This document shows positions 1 to 11,037 of a DNA stretch of 50,265 nt, in pieces. The first letter of the stretch is position 1, and the number at the start of each line of letters is the position of its first letter. A program made the translations under genes and the position numbers. Origin of the DNA: an uncultured delta proteobacterium (GTDB taxonomy: Bacteria > Bdellovibrionota_C > UBA2361 > OMII01); the NCBI GenBank assembly GCA_903920005.1, contig CAIXKI010000098.1:1-50265 (forward strand), written 5' to 3'. Under the pieces are notes generated by a model that was not told the DNA's origin, ran no database searches, and saw only the letters and a list, made by a program, of their open reading frames with translations.

Positions 1-183
1 CCTGTACGGATGTGACGTTTATTCTCGTTTTGGCTCTAAGTTGCCAATAAATTAGGGGTATTAGATCGCTTTTGAGAAGCTCGTTTATGGTGCATACTGG
101 TTCTTTCGGGGAGTATTGGCCCCGCTGAGTGGTTCTCGGCCACCACATTTTTCATCACCTTTTGTATAGATAGCCCGCTTTTT

Positions 184-1407
184 ATGGCTCAACGCAGATA
201 CGCATTCATCGTACCTCGGTATTACGAAGGAATAGCAGGTGGCGCGGAGACGCTTGTGGGGAACCTCGCGCAGCACCTCAAGGCGCGTGGCGATCACGTT
301 GAGGTATGGGCTACGTGCGCAAAAGATAATCGCACGTGGGAAAATGCTTTCCCTCCAGGTGTTTCCCAAGTTGATGGACTTCCTCTCATCCGCTTCAAAG
401 TTGATAATCGCGACCTCGATACGTGGATTCCGATTCAGATCGCGATGCACCAAGGCGATGAGATCTCTCTTGATGATCAGCTCGCGTGGATGAGGGAGAG
501 TGTTAATTCGCAAGACCTCTATCGACATATCGCGCAGCATGCTTCGTCTTTCGATGCGCTCTTCTACGGGCCATATTTATTCGGCACCACGTTGTGGGGC
601 GCGCTTATCGCTCCCGAGCGAAGCATCCTTATTCCGTGCTTGCATGATGAACCGTATGCGTACCAAGAGGTTGTTGCCTCAATGTTTCGGCAGGTGAAGG
701 GGTGTCTCTTTAACGCGCATCCGGAGATGGAGCTGGCCCGCTCCATTTACGGTGACATTCCGGGAGGGGTTGTCGGGATGGGATTTAATCTCCCAAAGCC
801 AGCCGAGGTAGAGAGCCTTGAGCCGTATTTTGAAGAGCCGTTCCCTTATATCCTCTACTTGGGACGAAAAGAGACCGGTAAGAATGTTCATCTTCTCATC
901 GATAGCTTCTGTGAGGCGAAGGAAGATGGACTCATTCCGGATAACGTTAGGCTCGCCATCCTTGGAGGTGGAAGTTTTGATGACCTGCATAGACCCGAGG
1001 CACTGACCCGGGGCGACGTTATCGATCTCCCGCATGTGAGTGAGCGGGACAAACAACGGCTCCTCAAGCATGCGCTTTATCTCTGTCAGCCGTCGACAAA
1101 TGAGTCGTTCTCGATCGTCATCATGGAGTCATGGATGGTAGGAACTCCCGTAGTCGTCCATTCGAACTGCGCGGTCACTCGACACCATGTGGTTGAGTCT
1201 GGAGGGGGGCTTTACTTCAGCTCTTCACAAGATCTAGCCGGCGTGACGATATACTTTCTCTCTGATTCCGCCGCGCGCAGTCGTCACGCGCAGGCAGGGG
1301 CTCGGTATGTCGCGGACGAATACGCGTGGCCAGCCGTTTTGGAACGATTTGATAAAACTCTTGAAAATCTGTGTTCTGACCGTGCGCATGGAACAGTAGT
1401 GTCGTAG
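184..1407 (+). CDS. Glycosyltransferase family 4 (GT-B fold)
   Basis: 407 aa. N-terminal GGAE motif, YLGR...KN, and a PSxxESFSIVIMESWxxGTPVV sugar-nucleotide motif. Confidence 0.9.
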   Translation: MAQRRYAFIVPRYYEGIAGGAETLVGNLAQHLKARGDHVEVWATCAKDNRTWENAFPPGVSQVDGLPLIRFKVDNRDLDTWIPIQIAMHQGDEISLDDQLAWMRESVNSQDLYRHIAQHASSFDALFYGPYLFGTTLWGALIAPERSILIPCLHDEPYAYQEVVASMFRQVKGCLFNAHPEMELARSIYGDIPGGVVGMGFNLPKPAEVESLEPYFEEPFPYILYLGRKETGKNVHLLIDSFCEAKEDGLIPDNVRLAILGGGSFDDLHRPEALTRGDVIDLPHVSERDKQRLLKHALYLCQPSTNESFSIVIMESWMVGTPVVVHSNCAVTRHHVVESGGGLYFSSSQDLAGVTIYFLSDSAARSRHAQAGARYVADEYAWPAVLERFDKTLENLCSDRAHGTVVS

Positions 1408-1416
1408 AATATCGAC

Positions 1417-2451
1417 ATGCGTGAGGATGTTCTCCCTGAAAATTTAGACCCCAAGCAGCGGCGTCGTGAGTTACTACTATCTCTAGGTCTAGTCGCTCTG
1501 GTTTTCGCCGCGGGCACCTTGGGATACATGGTGATAGAGGGGTGGAGCGCATTCGACTCGCTTTACATGACCGTCATAACTCTTGCGACGATTGGGTATG
1601 GTGAAACTCATCCGCTCACAGATGGCGGGCGCGCGTTTACGATGCTTCTCATCGTTGTGGGCCTAGGTATAGGAACGGTGGTGTTAGGTTCCGCGTGGCG
1701 GGCAGCTGTTGAGAACCAGTTCTTCAAATTATTCGATAGGAGGCGTAAAGTGCTCGATACAATTCAGTCTCTCCAGGGACACACGATATTCTGTGGATTC
1801 AGTAGGCTTGGTCGAGTATCTGCGGATGAACTGCGCAAGAATGGCGAGACGATAGTGATCGTGGAATTCAATGAGATCCGCGCTCGTGATGCCGAGGGGT
1901 CAGGATTCCTCGTTATTCGGGGAGACGCGACGCTTGATGAAACGCTCACGGCTGCTGGGATCAAAAAAGCTGGACGTTTGATCTCTCTCTTGCCAAGGGA
2001 CTCTGACAATCTCTACGTGATCCTAACCGCTCGCGAAATTAATCCCTCGTTGTATATCGTTAGTCGCGCGGAGGATGAGGTAGGGGAGAAGCGACTTAAG
2101 CGAGCGGGGGTCGATAGACTGATATCCACGTATCGACTCGCTGCCCGGAAACTGGCGGACGGACTTCTGAGGCCCTACATTACAGACTTCTTTGACATTG
2201 CGGGAACTGGAGAAAGTGGATGGAAGATCGAGGAGATCCGGATCCCAAAGACTTCTCCAATATGTGGTAAGACACTGGGAGATCTCGCGCTCCGGCAAAA
2301 AGCAAATGTAAGTGTCGCCGCGATAATAAATCCCGAGGGGCAGCTTCAGCTCAATCCGGCAGGCGATTCTATTTTGTCGGCGGATGCGACCCTGCTCGCT
2401 ATTGGATGGGATTCGGATATTAAAACTTTAGAGAAATTAGTCATTGGATAG
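1417..2451 (+). CDS. Two-TM potassium channel with RCK (TrkA-N/TrkA-C) gating domains, MthK-like
   Basis: Selectivity filter TLATIGYG between two hydrophobic helices, Rossmann motif IFCGFSRLG, GDAT, and a C-terminal TrkA-C region (SPICGKTLGDLALR). Confidence 0.92.
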   Translation: MREDVLPENLDPKQRRRELLLSLGLVALVFAAGTLGYMVIEGWSAFDSLYMTVITLATIGYGETHPLTDGGRAFTMLLIVVGLGIGTVVLGSAWRAAVENQFFKLFDRRRKVLDTIQSLQGHTIFCGFSRLGRVSADELRKNGETIVIVEFNEIRARDAEGSGFLVIRGDATLDETLTAAGIKKAGRLISLLPRDSDNLYVILTAREINPSLYIVSRAEDEVGEKRLKRAGVDRLISTYRLAARKLADGLLRPYITDFFDIAGTGESGWKIEEIRIPKTSPICGKTLGDLALRQKANVSVAAIINPEGQLQLNPAGDSILSADATLLAIGWDSDIKTLEKLVIG

Positions 2452-2511
2452 TAGGGCGAGCGATCGCTCTATCCGTTGCGTTTTTTAGTTCTCTGCGATA
2501 GTCAATGCACA

Positions 2512-2600
2512 TAACCCAGGGGAGGTCGTTGTGACCTGAGACGCCTATTCGAGGCGACACCCTTAGAACCTGAGACGGATAATACCGGCGGAGGGAGAGG
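2512..2600 (+). ncRNA. TPP (thiamine pyrophosphate) riboswitch
   Basis: GGGGAG-GUC[GUUGU]GAC-CUGAGA-CGCCU[AUUCG]AGGCG-ACACCCUUAGAACCUGA-GACGGAUAAUACCGGCGGAGGGA matches the THI-box landmarks (CUGAGA, ACCC..GAACCUGA, GGAUAAU.CC..CG.AGGGA). It ends just before the ATG at 2605. Confidence 0.92.
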
Positions 2601-2604
2601 AACG

Positions 2605-4737
2605 ATGCATACGACGAATCTCGGGCGCCATTACTTCGCGCGCGCAAGCTCTTTTTTTACTACTACTATATATTTTTGGTGTGTCGTGGCTCCATTGCTT
2701 GGAGTCGCGGAAGCGCAGGATGAGACTACACCTCCGACGGAGCTATTCATCAACGGAGCACCATTTAAGGATTCCGTGCGTGATTCGCCGCAAAGTGTGA
2801 CCGTGGTTGGGGAGCAGCGGTTGGTCGATAAGGGGGAGACCTCTTTCCAGTACGAGATAGAGTCGATACCCAATATGACCTGGTCGGGAGGCTCCTCTCG
2901 ACCACGGTTTCTCCTGATCCGAGGAGTTGGAGAGTTGGAGCAGTATGAGGGCGCTCCAAATCCCTCCGTTGCCACTATTATTGATGATATCGACTTCAGT
3001 GGCCTTGGGATCGTTGTCCCGATGTTTGATATCTCGCAGGTGGAAGTGCTGCGAGGGCCTCAAGGAATTCGGTTTGGTTCTAGTGCCCTTGCGGGAGCGG
3101 TCAATGTTCGTTCCCAGGATCCGACCGAATACACAACTGGACAGCTTCAGGTTATGGCCGGCAACGATGAGTTGGGCGCGGGGGGATTCGCGGTCGGGGG
3201 AAGTGTTCCGGGTTCGGATGGAAAGTTGAAGTTACGCTTCTCGGCGTTCAACCAGCAAAGTAATGGATTTCGGAATAACGCGTATCTGAGTCGAGATGAC
3301 ACGAATCATAGGGATGAGTCGGTCGTGCGACTCAAGATGCGATACGATCCGACAGCAGCGTTCTTTACGGAGTTCGCGGTGTGGGGCGCTGAGTTTAATA
3401 ATGGGTACGACGCCTTCGCGGTCGATAATAGTCGTACGACTCAGTCCGATCATCCGGGCCAAGATGACACCCGTGTCGGAGCCTCGTCCTACAAGATGGG
3501 GTACAAACTTACTGATTCCTTAAAGATTGAGAATATCGGCACTCTCGCTCGAACCAAGATAGCGAACAGCTTCGATGGGGACTGGGGAAATAATCCGTTC
3601 TGGTCTCCTTACGATCCGTATGACTACTTTTCTGATTCCGGCCGCACGCGACGAAGCTATACGGAGGAGCTGCGATTCACCCATCAAGGGCCCTTCTATC
3701 AACACGGGGAATCGTGGCGTTGGGTGACCGGCATCTTTGGGCAACGTCTTACTGAGGATACAACCACCGATCAGTTTTCAAATGGGGAACAATATGACTC
3801 TCTGACGAGTGATTACCGAGCCAATACCGGTGCCGCGTTTGGAGATATTGAGATGCCTCTTGGCGCGGGGACCTCCTTCACGACTGGACTTAGGTTTGAA
3901 CAACGGAACTCCCAGTATGAGGATACACGGGACAATGATCTCTCCCCGACGTATTCAATGCTTGGAGGGAACGTGACGATACAAAAGGATATTACGGAAT
4001 CGGTTCGCTCGTATGCGACTGTCGCTCGTGGGTTTAAGGGCGGCGGTTTCAACGTAGGGCCCGCGGTGCCGGAGGATCGCAAGCAGTATGATCCAGAGTA
4101 TCTTTGGAATTACGAGGTTGGGGTAAAGGGTGATTATCTCTCTAAGCGTGTCACGAGTTCGCTCGCCGTGTTTCACGACCAGCGTCTCGATCAACAGCTT
4201 AAGTTCGCCATACAAAATGATCCCTCGGATCCGCTTTCGTTCACCTACATCACAGAGAGTGCTGCCCGGGGACAAAGCACAGGCCTTGAATTAGAAAATA
4301 CGGCTCGAGTTCTTCCGTGGCTTAATCTCTTCGCCTCAGGTTCTCTTATGCACTCAGAGTTTACGGATGTTCCACAGGAAAGTGCTGCTCTTAATGGCCG
4401 AGCATTCTCGGTTGCTCCAAATTGGATGTATTCCGCCGGATTCAGTGCCGACCTTGGGGGGGGCTTTTTTACTCGGATTGAGGAGACCGGGAAGGATGCG
4501 TTCTTCTTCGATGATAGCAATAATCAAAAGAGTGACCCGTACAACCTCTTTAACGCCTCCCTTGGATATCGCGACGCTCGATGGAAGGTGGTGGCGTGGA
4601 GCCGAAACCTCTTTAACCAGGTCTATGCTGTTAGGGGGTTCTATTTCGGTAACGAGCCGCCGAATTTTGATACTAAGGAGTATATTCAACAGGGGGATCC
4701 CCGGGCTTTCGGGGCTACGGTTACGTATACCTTTTAG
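2605..4737 (+). CDS. TonB-dependent outer membrane receptor, probably for thiamine or a precursor
   Basis: 710 aa with a signal peptide, plug motifs (PQSVTVV, LIRGVG, VEVLRGPQG...GAVNV), beta-barrel character and C-terminal Phe (TVTYTF). Preceded by the TPP riboswitch. Confidence 0.9.
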   Translation: MHTTNLGRHYFARASSFFTTTIYFWCVVAPLLGVAEAQDETTPPTELFINGAPFKDSVRDSPQSVTVVGEQRLVDKGETSFQYEIESIPNMTWSGGSSRPRFLLIRGVGELEQYEGAPNPSVATIIDDIDFSGLGIVVPMFDISQVEVLRGPQGIRFGSSALAGAVNVRSQDPTEYTTGQLQVMAGNDELGAGGFAVGGSVPGSDGKLKLRFSAFNQQSNGFRNNAYLSRDDTNHRDESVVRLKMRYDPTAAFFTEFAVWGAEFNNGYDAFAVDNSRTTQSDHPGQDDTRVGASSYKMGYKLTDSLKIENIGTLARTKIANSFDGDWGNNPFWSPYDPYDYFSDSGRTRRSYTEELRFTHQGPFYQHGESWRWVTGIFGQRLTEDTTTDQFSNGEQYDSLTSDYRANTGAAFGDIEMPLGAGTSFTTGLRFEQRNSQYEDTRDNDLSPTYSMLGGNVTIQKDITESVRSYATVARGFKGGGFNVGPAVPEDRKQYDPEYLWNYEVGVKGDYLSKRVTSSLAVFHDQRLDQQLKFAIQNDPSDPLSFTYITESAARGQSTGLELENTARVLPWLNLFASGSLMHSEFTDVPQESAALNGRAFSVAPNWMYSAGFSADLGGGFFTRIEETGKDAFFFDDSNNQKSDPYNLFNASLGYRDARWKVVAWSRNLFNQVYAVRGFYFGNEPPNFDTKEYIQQGDPRAFGATVTYTF

Positions 4738-4840
4738 GTACTTGGGGCGTTGCCCGCAGAGTGGTCTTCAAGCTTTGACGAATTCCTTCCAGGCCGCATC
4801 GAATATCAGGCTCCGAGAGGCGTCTCCGTGTTTATTCTCG

Positions 4841-4870
4841 TTGCGGGATTAATCGTTAGTTTTTTATACT
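4841..4870 (+). promoter_or_regulatory. Putative sigma70 promoter (TTGCGG-18 bp-TATACT)
   Basis: -35-like 4841-4846 and -10-like 4865-4870, 7 nt before the ATG at 4878. No Shine-Dalgarno visible. Confidence 0.45.
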
Positions 4871-4877
4871 TCATCGT

Positions 4878-5348
4878 ATGTTTACGTACTCTGTCTCTCC
4901 AAAATCACTCTTGATCGCGTTTGTCGCAGTTTTTGTTTCCGGTTGCGCAGGGCTGAACGACCCGTACGACCCCTATTACGGAGGCGGAGGATCGGGAGGA
5001 GGCTATGGCGGAGGATATGGGAATCGTCAACCGCCACCACCACCCAATTACGGTGGATATTACGGTAACGGATACAACAATGGATATGGCTACGGGGATA
5101 GATACGACCGTCGAGAGCGTGAGCGCCTGGAAGAGGAGCGTCGACGGTTAGAGCGTGAACGGGAGCGTCTTGAGCAAGAGAGGCAACGACAGGATGTATA
5201 TCGTCCACCGCCTCCCCCGCCTCGGCCAGCCCCAGATAGATGCCCGCCAGGGTTCTCGCCGAGTGAGAACAAGTGCTCGAACGAAGAGCGACGGCGCGGA
5301 TGTAAGGATATACGCATGCCGAGTGGTTTGGGATGTGTGCATCGATAG
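4878..5348 (+). CDS. Hypothetical lipoprotein (Gly/Tyr-rich, Arg/Glu helix, poly-Pro, C-terminal 4-Cys domain)
   Basis: Hydrophobic leader with lipobox VSGC, followed by clear modular low-complexity blocks. Confidence 0.75.
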   Translation: MFTYSVSPKSLLIAFVAVFVSGCAGLNDPYDPYYGGGGSGGGYGGGYGNRQPPPPPNYGGYYGNGYNNGYGYGDRYDRRERERLEEERRRLERERERLEQERQRQDVYRPPPPPPRPAPDRCPPGFSPSENKCSNEERRRGCKDIRMPSGLGCVHR

Positions 5349-5395
5349 CGTGCGCAAGCGGCTTACTAGAGAGGGAACCGCGTTGTCGCGGATAG

Positions 5396-7444
<2,049 letters not shown>

Positions 7445-7502
7445 AAAAATTACCACCGAAGGTGATGTGATCGCATAGCACGATGCCCCTCCATCCTCCC
7501 TC

Positions 7503-10370
7503 TTAAAATCTCGGGCACTCGTGATAGACCTCGGGGAGTCTTCTTATTACCCTTATAAATTGTCGTTGGTCTTTTTTGAATCTCTGTTTCAGCTGACGAA
7601 GCGGACCTGGAACGCGCCCGGTCACGTATTTGCTAAAGAGTGATTGAAGTCGTGGTCTAGGGAATGGTTTTACCTCGCATTGAGGTGGTGGGGATTCGCA
7701 ATAGAATACCGGAGGCCCAATTCGTTGGAGGCGATTGAATAGCGATTTGGTGACTCGCGCGCTGCGAATAGAGAATAAGTTTCGCCACCGTTGTACATCG
7801 TCTCGAGTCTCTCTATCCATGCGGGAATGAGCCAGAATTTGAATAAGTTCTTCTTCGTAGCGGCCGACACTATCGCGAGCAAACTCACGAATTTGTCTGA
7901 AAGACCGAGACGTAATCTTCCAACACTCTCCTGCTACTCCCGAGTCTGTGCACACTGGAAGCGGGAATATGAGAGGCACTTGATAGCCCAAAAGATTCCA
8001 TGTGCCAGAGTATGATGACCCATCGTAGAAATGTTCAAGTGGTGTAAAGAACGAGTTGGCGCCCGGCGCGAACAGAGTCTGAGGAATTGCTTCCCCTCCA
8101 GAATTAAACCAATTCATTCCGCTCTCAGGAATCTCAAGCGTTGATGCCGAGAAATTAACGTATCGTAAGAATACGGTTCTTTGATTTCCAACAAGCACCT
8201 CGCACTGGGACCCTCTGGCCGTGCTGGGTGATACAAGAACGACTGCCGAGATATCGATAGGATTTTGATTCTCCAGGTTAAGGCCTGTGTCTTCAATCGG
8301 ATCAAATATTACTGCTGGTTGCCCAGATTCGATGCGCACTCGGGACGCGCTTACGAACACTTTAGCGACTCTGCCGTCTTGGTCCGTGACCTCTGGCGTG
8401 CCGTTGAGCACGATCGGAACGGATGGAAGAGGAGTATCTTCTCGTTGAAGTTGTAGGATGAGCAGAGACATTTGCGTTGTCGGAGTTGAGGTAGGCGTGG
8501 TCGTTGGTGTTACGGAAGGCGTATAGGTTGGTGTCGTCGTTGGCGTAACTGTTGGTGTATTGGTGGGAGTGTTGGTGGGCGTAATCGTAGGCGTCTTACT
8601 TGGCGTGTAGGTGGGCGTTTGTGAAGGTGTCTCCGTAGGAGTTATAGTTGGTGTCTCCGTTGGGGTTTCGGTAGGAGTATCGGTCGGTGTGTTTGTTGGG
8701 GTATTTGTCGATGTTTGAGTAGGAGTGTTAGTGGGTGTTGTCGTGGGAGTTATTGTTGGGGTGTCAGTGGGTGTGCGCGTCGGCGTATTCGTTGGAGTCC
8801 TGGTGGGAGTATCAGTTGGCGTGTGCGTTGGTGTGTTTGTCGGGGTATCTGTCGGGGTATCGGTCGGTGTGTGAGTTGGCGTGTCCGTTGGCGTATCGGT
8901 TGGTGTATTCGTTGGAGTGACTGTAGGCGTGTCTGTTGGGGTGTTTGTTGGCGTATTGGTTGGTGTTTCTGTAGGAGTATCCGTTGGAGTTTGAGTCGGT
9001 GTACCCGTTGGAGTATCGGTTGAGGTCTCGGTTGGTGTGTTGGTTGGAGTAATAGTCGGTGTGTCTGTTGGGGTATTCGTTGATGTATCTGTTGGGGTGA
9101 TGGTGGGAGTATCGGTAGGAGTGTTTGTCGGAGTGATAGAGGGTGTTTCGGTGGGAGTATTAGTCGGAGTACCCGTTGGGGTGTGAGTTGGGGTATTTGA
9201 TGGCGTATGGGTTGGAGTGTCTGTTGGCGTGTGAGTCGGGGTCATTGTTGGGGTGTTAGTTGGCGATTCTGTCGCGGTGTTGGTCGGTGTGTTTGTTGAG
9301 GTGTTGGTTGGAGTTTCTGTTGGAGTATTCGTTGGTGTGACTGTCGGAGTGTCGGTCGGAGTTATAGTTGGTGTTTCTGTTGGAGTATTCGTAGGCGTCT
9401 CTGTCGGAGTGTCGGTTGGAGTTTGAGTTGGCGTTTCGGTTGGAGTTTCGGTCGGAGTATTGGTAGGGGTTTCTGTTGGTGTTTCGGTCGGAGTATTGGT
9501 TGGAGTTTCGGTAGGTGTCTCGGTCGGAGTTTGAGTTGGTGTCTCGGTTGGAGTTTCGGTAGGTGTTTCGCTCGGAGTATCGGTCGGCGTTTCAGTTGGT
9601 GTCTCGGTCGGAGTATCGGTTGGAGTTTCGGTAGGTGTCTCGGTAGGAGTTTCAGTTGGTGTCTCTGTCGGAGTCTGCGTAGGGTTTAATTGCCCCGTAA
9701 CGCCGATCTCTGCACCGAGGGAAGAACCAGGGCTATGTGCTCCTAAGACTTTCGCGAACGCTAAGGAGTTATGTGAAGAAGCCGGCGATAGGGTGTCGGG
9801 GGGGATTGTGTGATACCGGTGAGATGTAAGTGTTGCACGAGAGTTGCTCGCGTAGCTAATGAGCAGAACACTGATAGCAATTGGGGTGTTTCGATTTAAG
9901 TTACGGAAGGGGACCGTGAGGAGGAACCGAGTAGTTAGAGAGAAGTGATTGAAAATAGGTTGGAGAGATTCCGCATCTCTATGGTTTTCGAGCGCAACAA
10001 AAGTTCTTTCAAGAGTAGATAGATACCGTGCAAATGGTTTATTCGAGTGTCCCTCTGAAATCCCCCACGAATATGAAAAAACATTTGGAGGCGATTGTGC
10101 TTTTGCGATAATCTTGGGGGGGCGTGGTAGTTGTGAAGAGGTAAATGCTCCGATGATAGTCACGATAACCAAGATGATTATCGGGCAGACATACCGAAAG
10201 TTATCTCCGCCGATGGCGAGCACCTTTGCGAAGTACCTCGCTGCCGCGTTCGAGACTCGGGGAAGAAACTGTTTTGTAAACGGCGCGCTAGAGCCGTCTA
10301 CAGGAGATCCCCTGGTTCTATTTTTTGAGCAGACCTGGATCAGGCTAATTGCCCGTACGTGTAGACCCAT
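7503..10370 (-). CDS. Large Thr/Pro-repeat (mucin-like stalk) membrane or surface protein, start uncertain
   Basis: 955-aa ORF with a hydrophobic segment ([16 protein letters not shown]), about 400 aa of TPTx repeats, and a roughly 320-aa Cys-containing C-terminal region. Confidence 0.8.
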   Translation of the reverse strand: MGLHVRAISLIQVCSKNRTRGSPVDGSSAPFTKQFLPRVSNAAARYFAKVLAIGGDNFRYVCPIIILVIVTIIGAFTSSQLPRPPKIIAKAQSPPNVFSYSWGISEGHSNKPFARYLSTLERTFVALENHRDAESLQPIFNHFSLTTRFLLTVPFRNLNRNTPIAISVLLISYASNSRATLTSHRYHTIPPDTLSPASSHNSLAFAKVLGAHSPGSSLGAEIGVTGQLNPTQTPTETPTETPTETPTETPTDTPTETPTETPTDTPSETPTETPTETPTQTPTETPTETPTNTPTETPTETPTNTPTETPTETPTQTPTDTPTETPTNTPTETPTITPTDTPTVTPTNTPTETPTNTSTNTPTNTATESPTNTPTMTPTHTPTDTPTHTPSNTPTHTPTGTPTNTPTETPSITPTNTPTDTPTITPTDTSTNTPTDTPTITPTNTPTETSTDTPTGTPTQTPTDTPTETPTNTPTNTPTDTPTVTPTNTPTDTPTDTPTHTPTDTPTDTPTNTPTHTPTDTPTRTPTNTPTRTPTDTPTITPTTTPTNTPTQTSTNTPTNTPTDTPTETPTETPTITPTETPSQTPTYTPSKTPTITPTNTPTNTPTVTPTTTPTYTPSVTPTTTPTSTPTTQMSLLILQLQREDTPLPSVPIVLNGTPEVTDQDGRVAKVFVSASRVRIESGQPAVIFDPIEDTGLNLENQNPIDISAVVLVSPSTARGSQCEVLVGNQRTVFLRYVNFSASTLEIPESGMNWFNSGGEAIPQTLFAPGANSFFTPLEHFYDGSSYSGTWNLLGYQVPLIFPLPVCTDSGVAGECWKITSRSFRQIREFARDSVGRYEEELIQILAHSRMDRETRDDVQRWRNLFSIRSARVTKSLFNRLQRIGPPVFYCESPPPQCEVKPFPRPRLQSLFSKYVTGRVPGPLRQLKQRFKKDQRQFIRVIRRLPEVYHECPRF
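8475..9683 (-). repeat. Degenerate 12-bp-period coding tandem repeat (about 100 T-P-T-[E/D/N/Q/H/I/V] units)
   Basis: Strongly G/T-skewed + strand (ggtgtctcggtcggagtatcggttggagtttcg...) that translates as [12 protein letters not shown] on the - strand. Third codon positions are highly varied. Confidence 0.95.
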
Positions 10371-11037
10371 CGGCGGAATAATCGGATAATTGCCCTACAT
10401 TCTTTAGAAACTGCGGCCCATATCTCCGAGAATGACCTTGGGAGCGAATGATTTTGACAAGATGGATCGCAACTGGGTAGAAGCAGTGTGCACACGCGAG
10501 GAGCTCGTATGCGAGAAACTATGAGCAATCCATTTTTACCCTAACGAGAACTCGTATCGTATCCAAGCTTCGGAGCCGGCAGGGTGGTGAGCAAATATGT
10601 AATTCCGGTCGAGCATTTCGATCGCTCTACTTGCTCCTTGGCCAAGGCTTGCGAGGATGGAGCAATCTAGTTTGAAACACTGAAAAGATTTTCCAGGTAT
10701 CGCCGAAGTCAGTCGAGTCGTGGATATATCCGCGGGTTTTTTCGTAACCTCCAGCTCGTTTCGCCTAGACTCTGAAAAAGTTCTCAACGTAAACTGGATT
10801 TACCGAACTGCGAGACCCTTTTGTCCGGAGATATCGCGCCATGTAGCAGCGGAGTCGGCGGAGTGGTTACCCCCGCCGATTCGACAGATCGGTACGCGTG
10901 TGGATCCAAGCCGCTCTTTTTGCTCGAAAAAAAGCACTACCCCCGGGCATGAGGTTGCTTTTGCCAACATGGGTGCCTGTAGTCTATAGTTCTCGCGGGT
11001 TTATCCCCTGTTTGTTTCACGAAGTAGAGAGATTCAC

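Noticed and set aside
1-183. Possible 3' end of an upstream gene at the window start
   Set aside because: Too little sequence to identify a frame or product.
8475-9683. Repeat array as a CRISPR, satellite or non-coding element
   Set aside because: There is no constant repeat with unique spacers. Variation concentrates at synonymous positions of a TPTx protein, and no cas genes are present.
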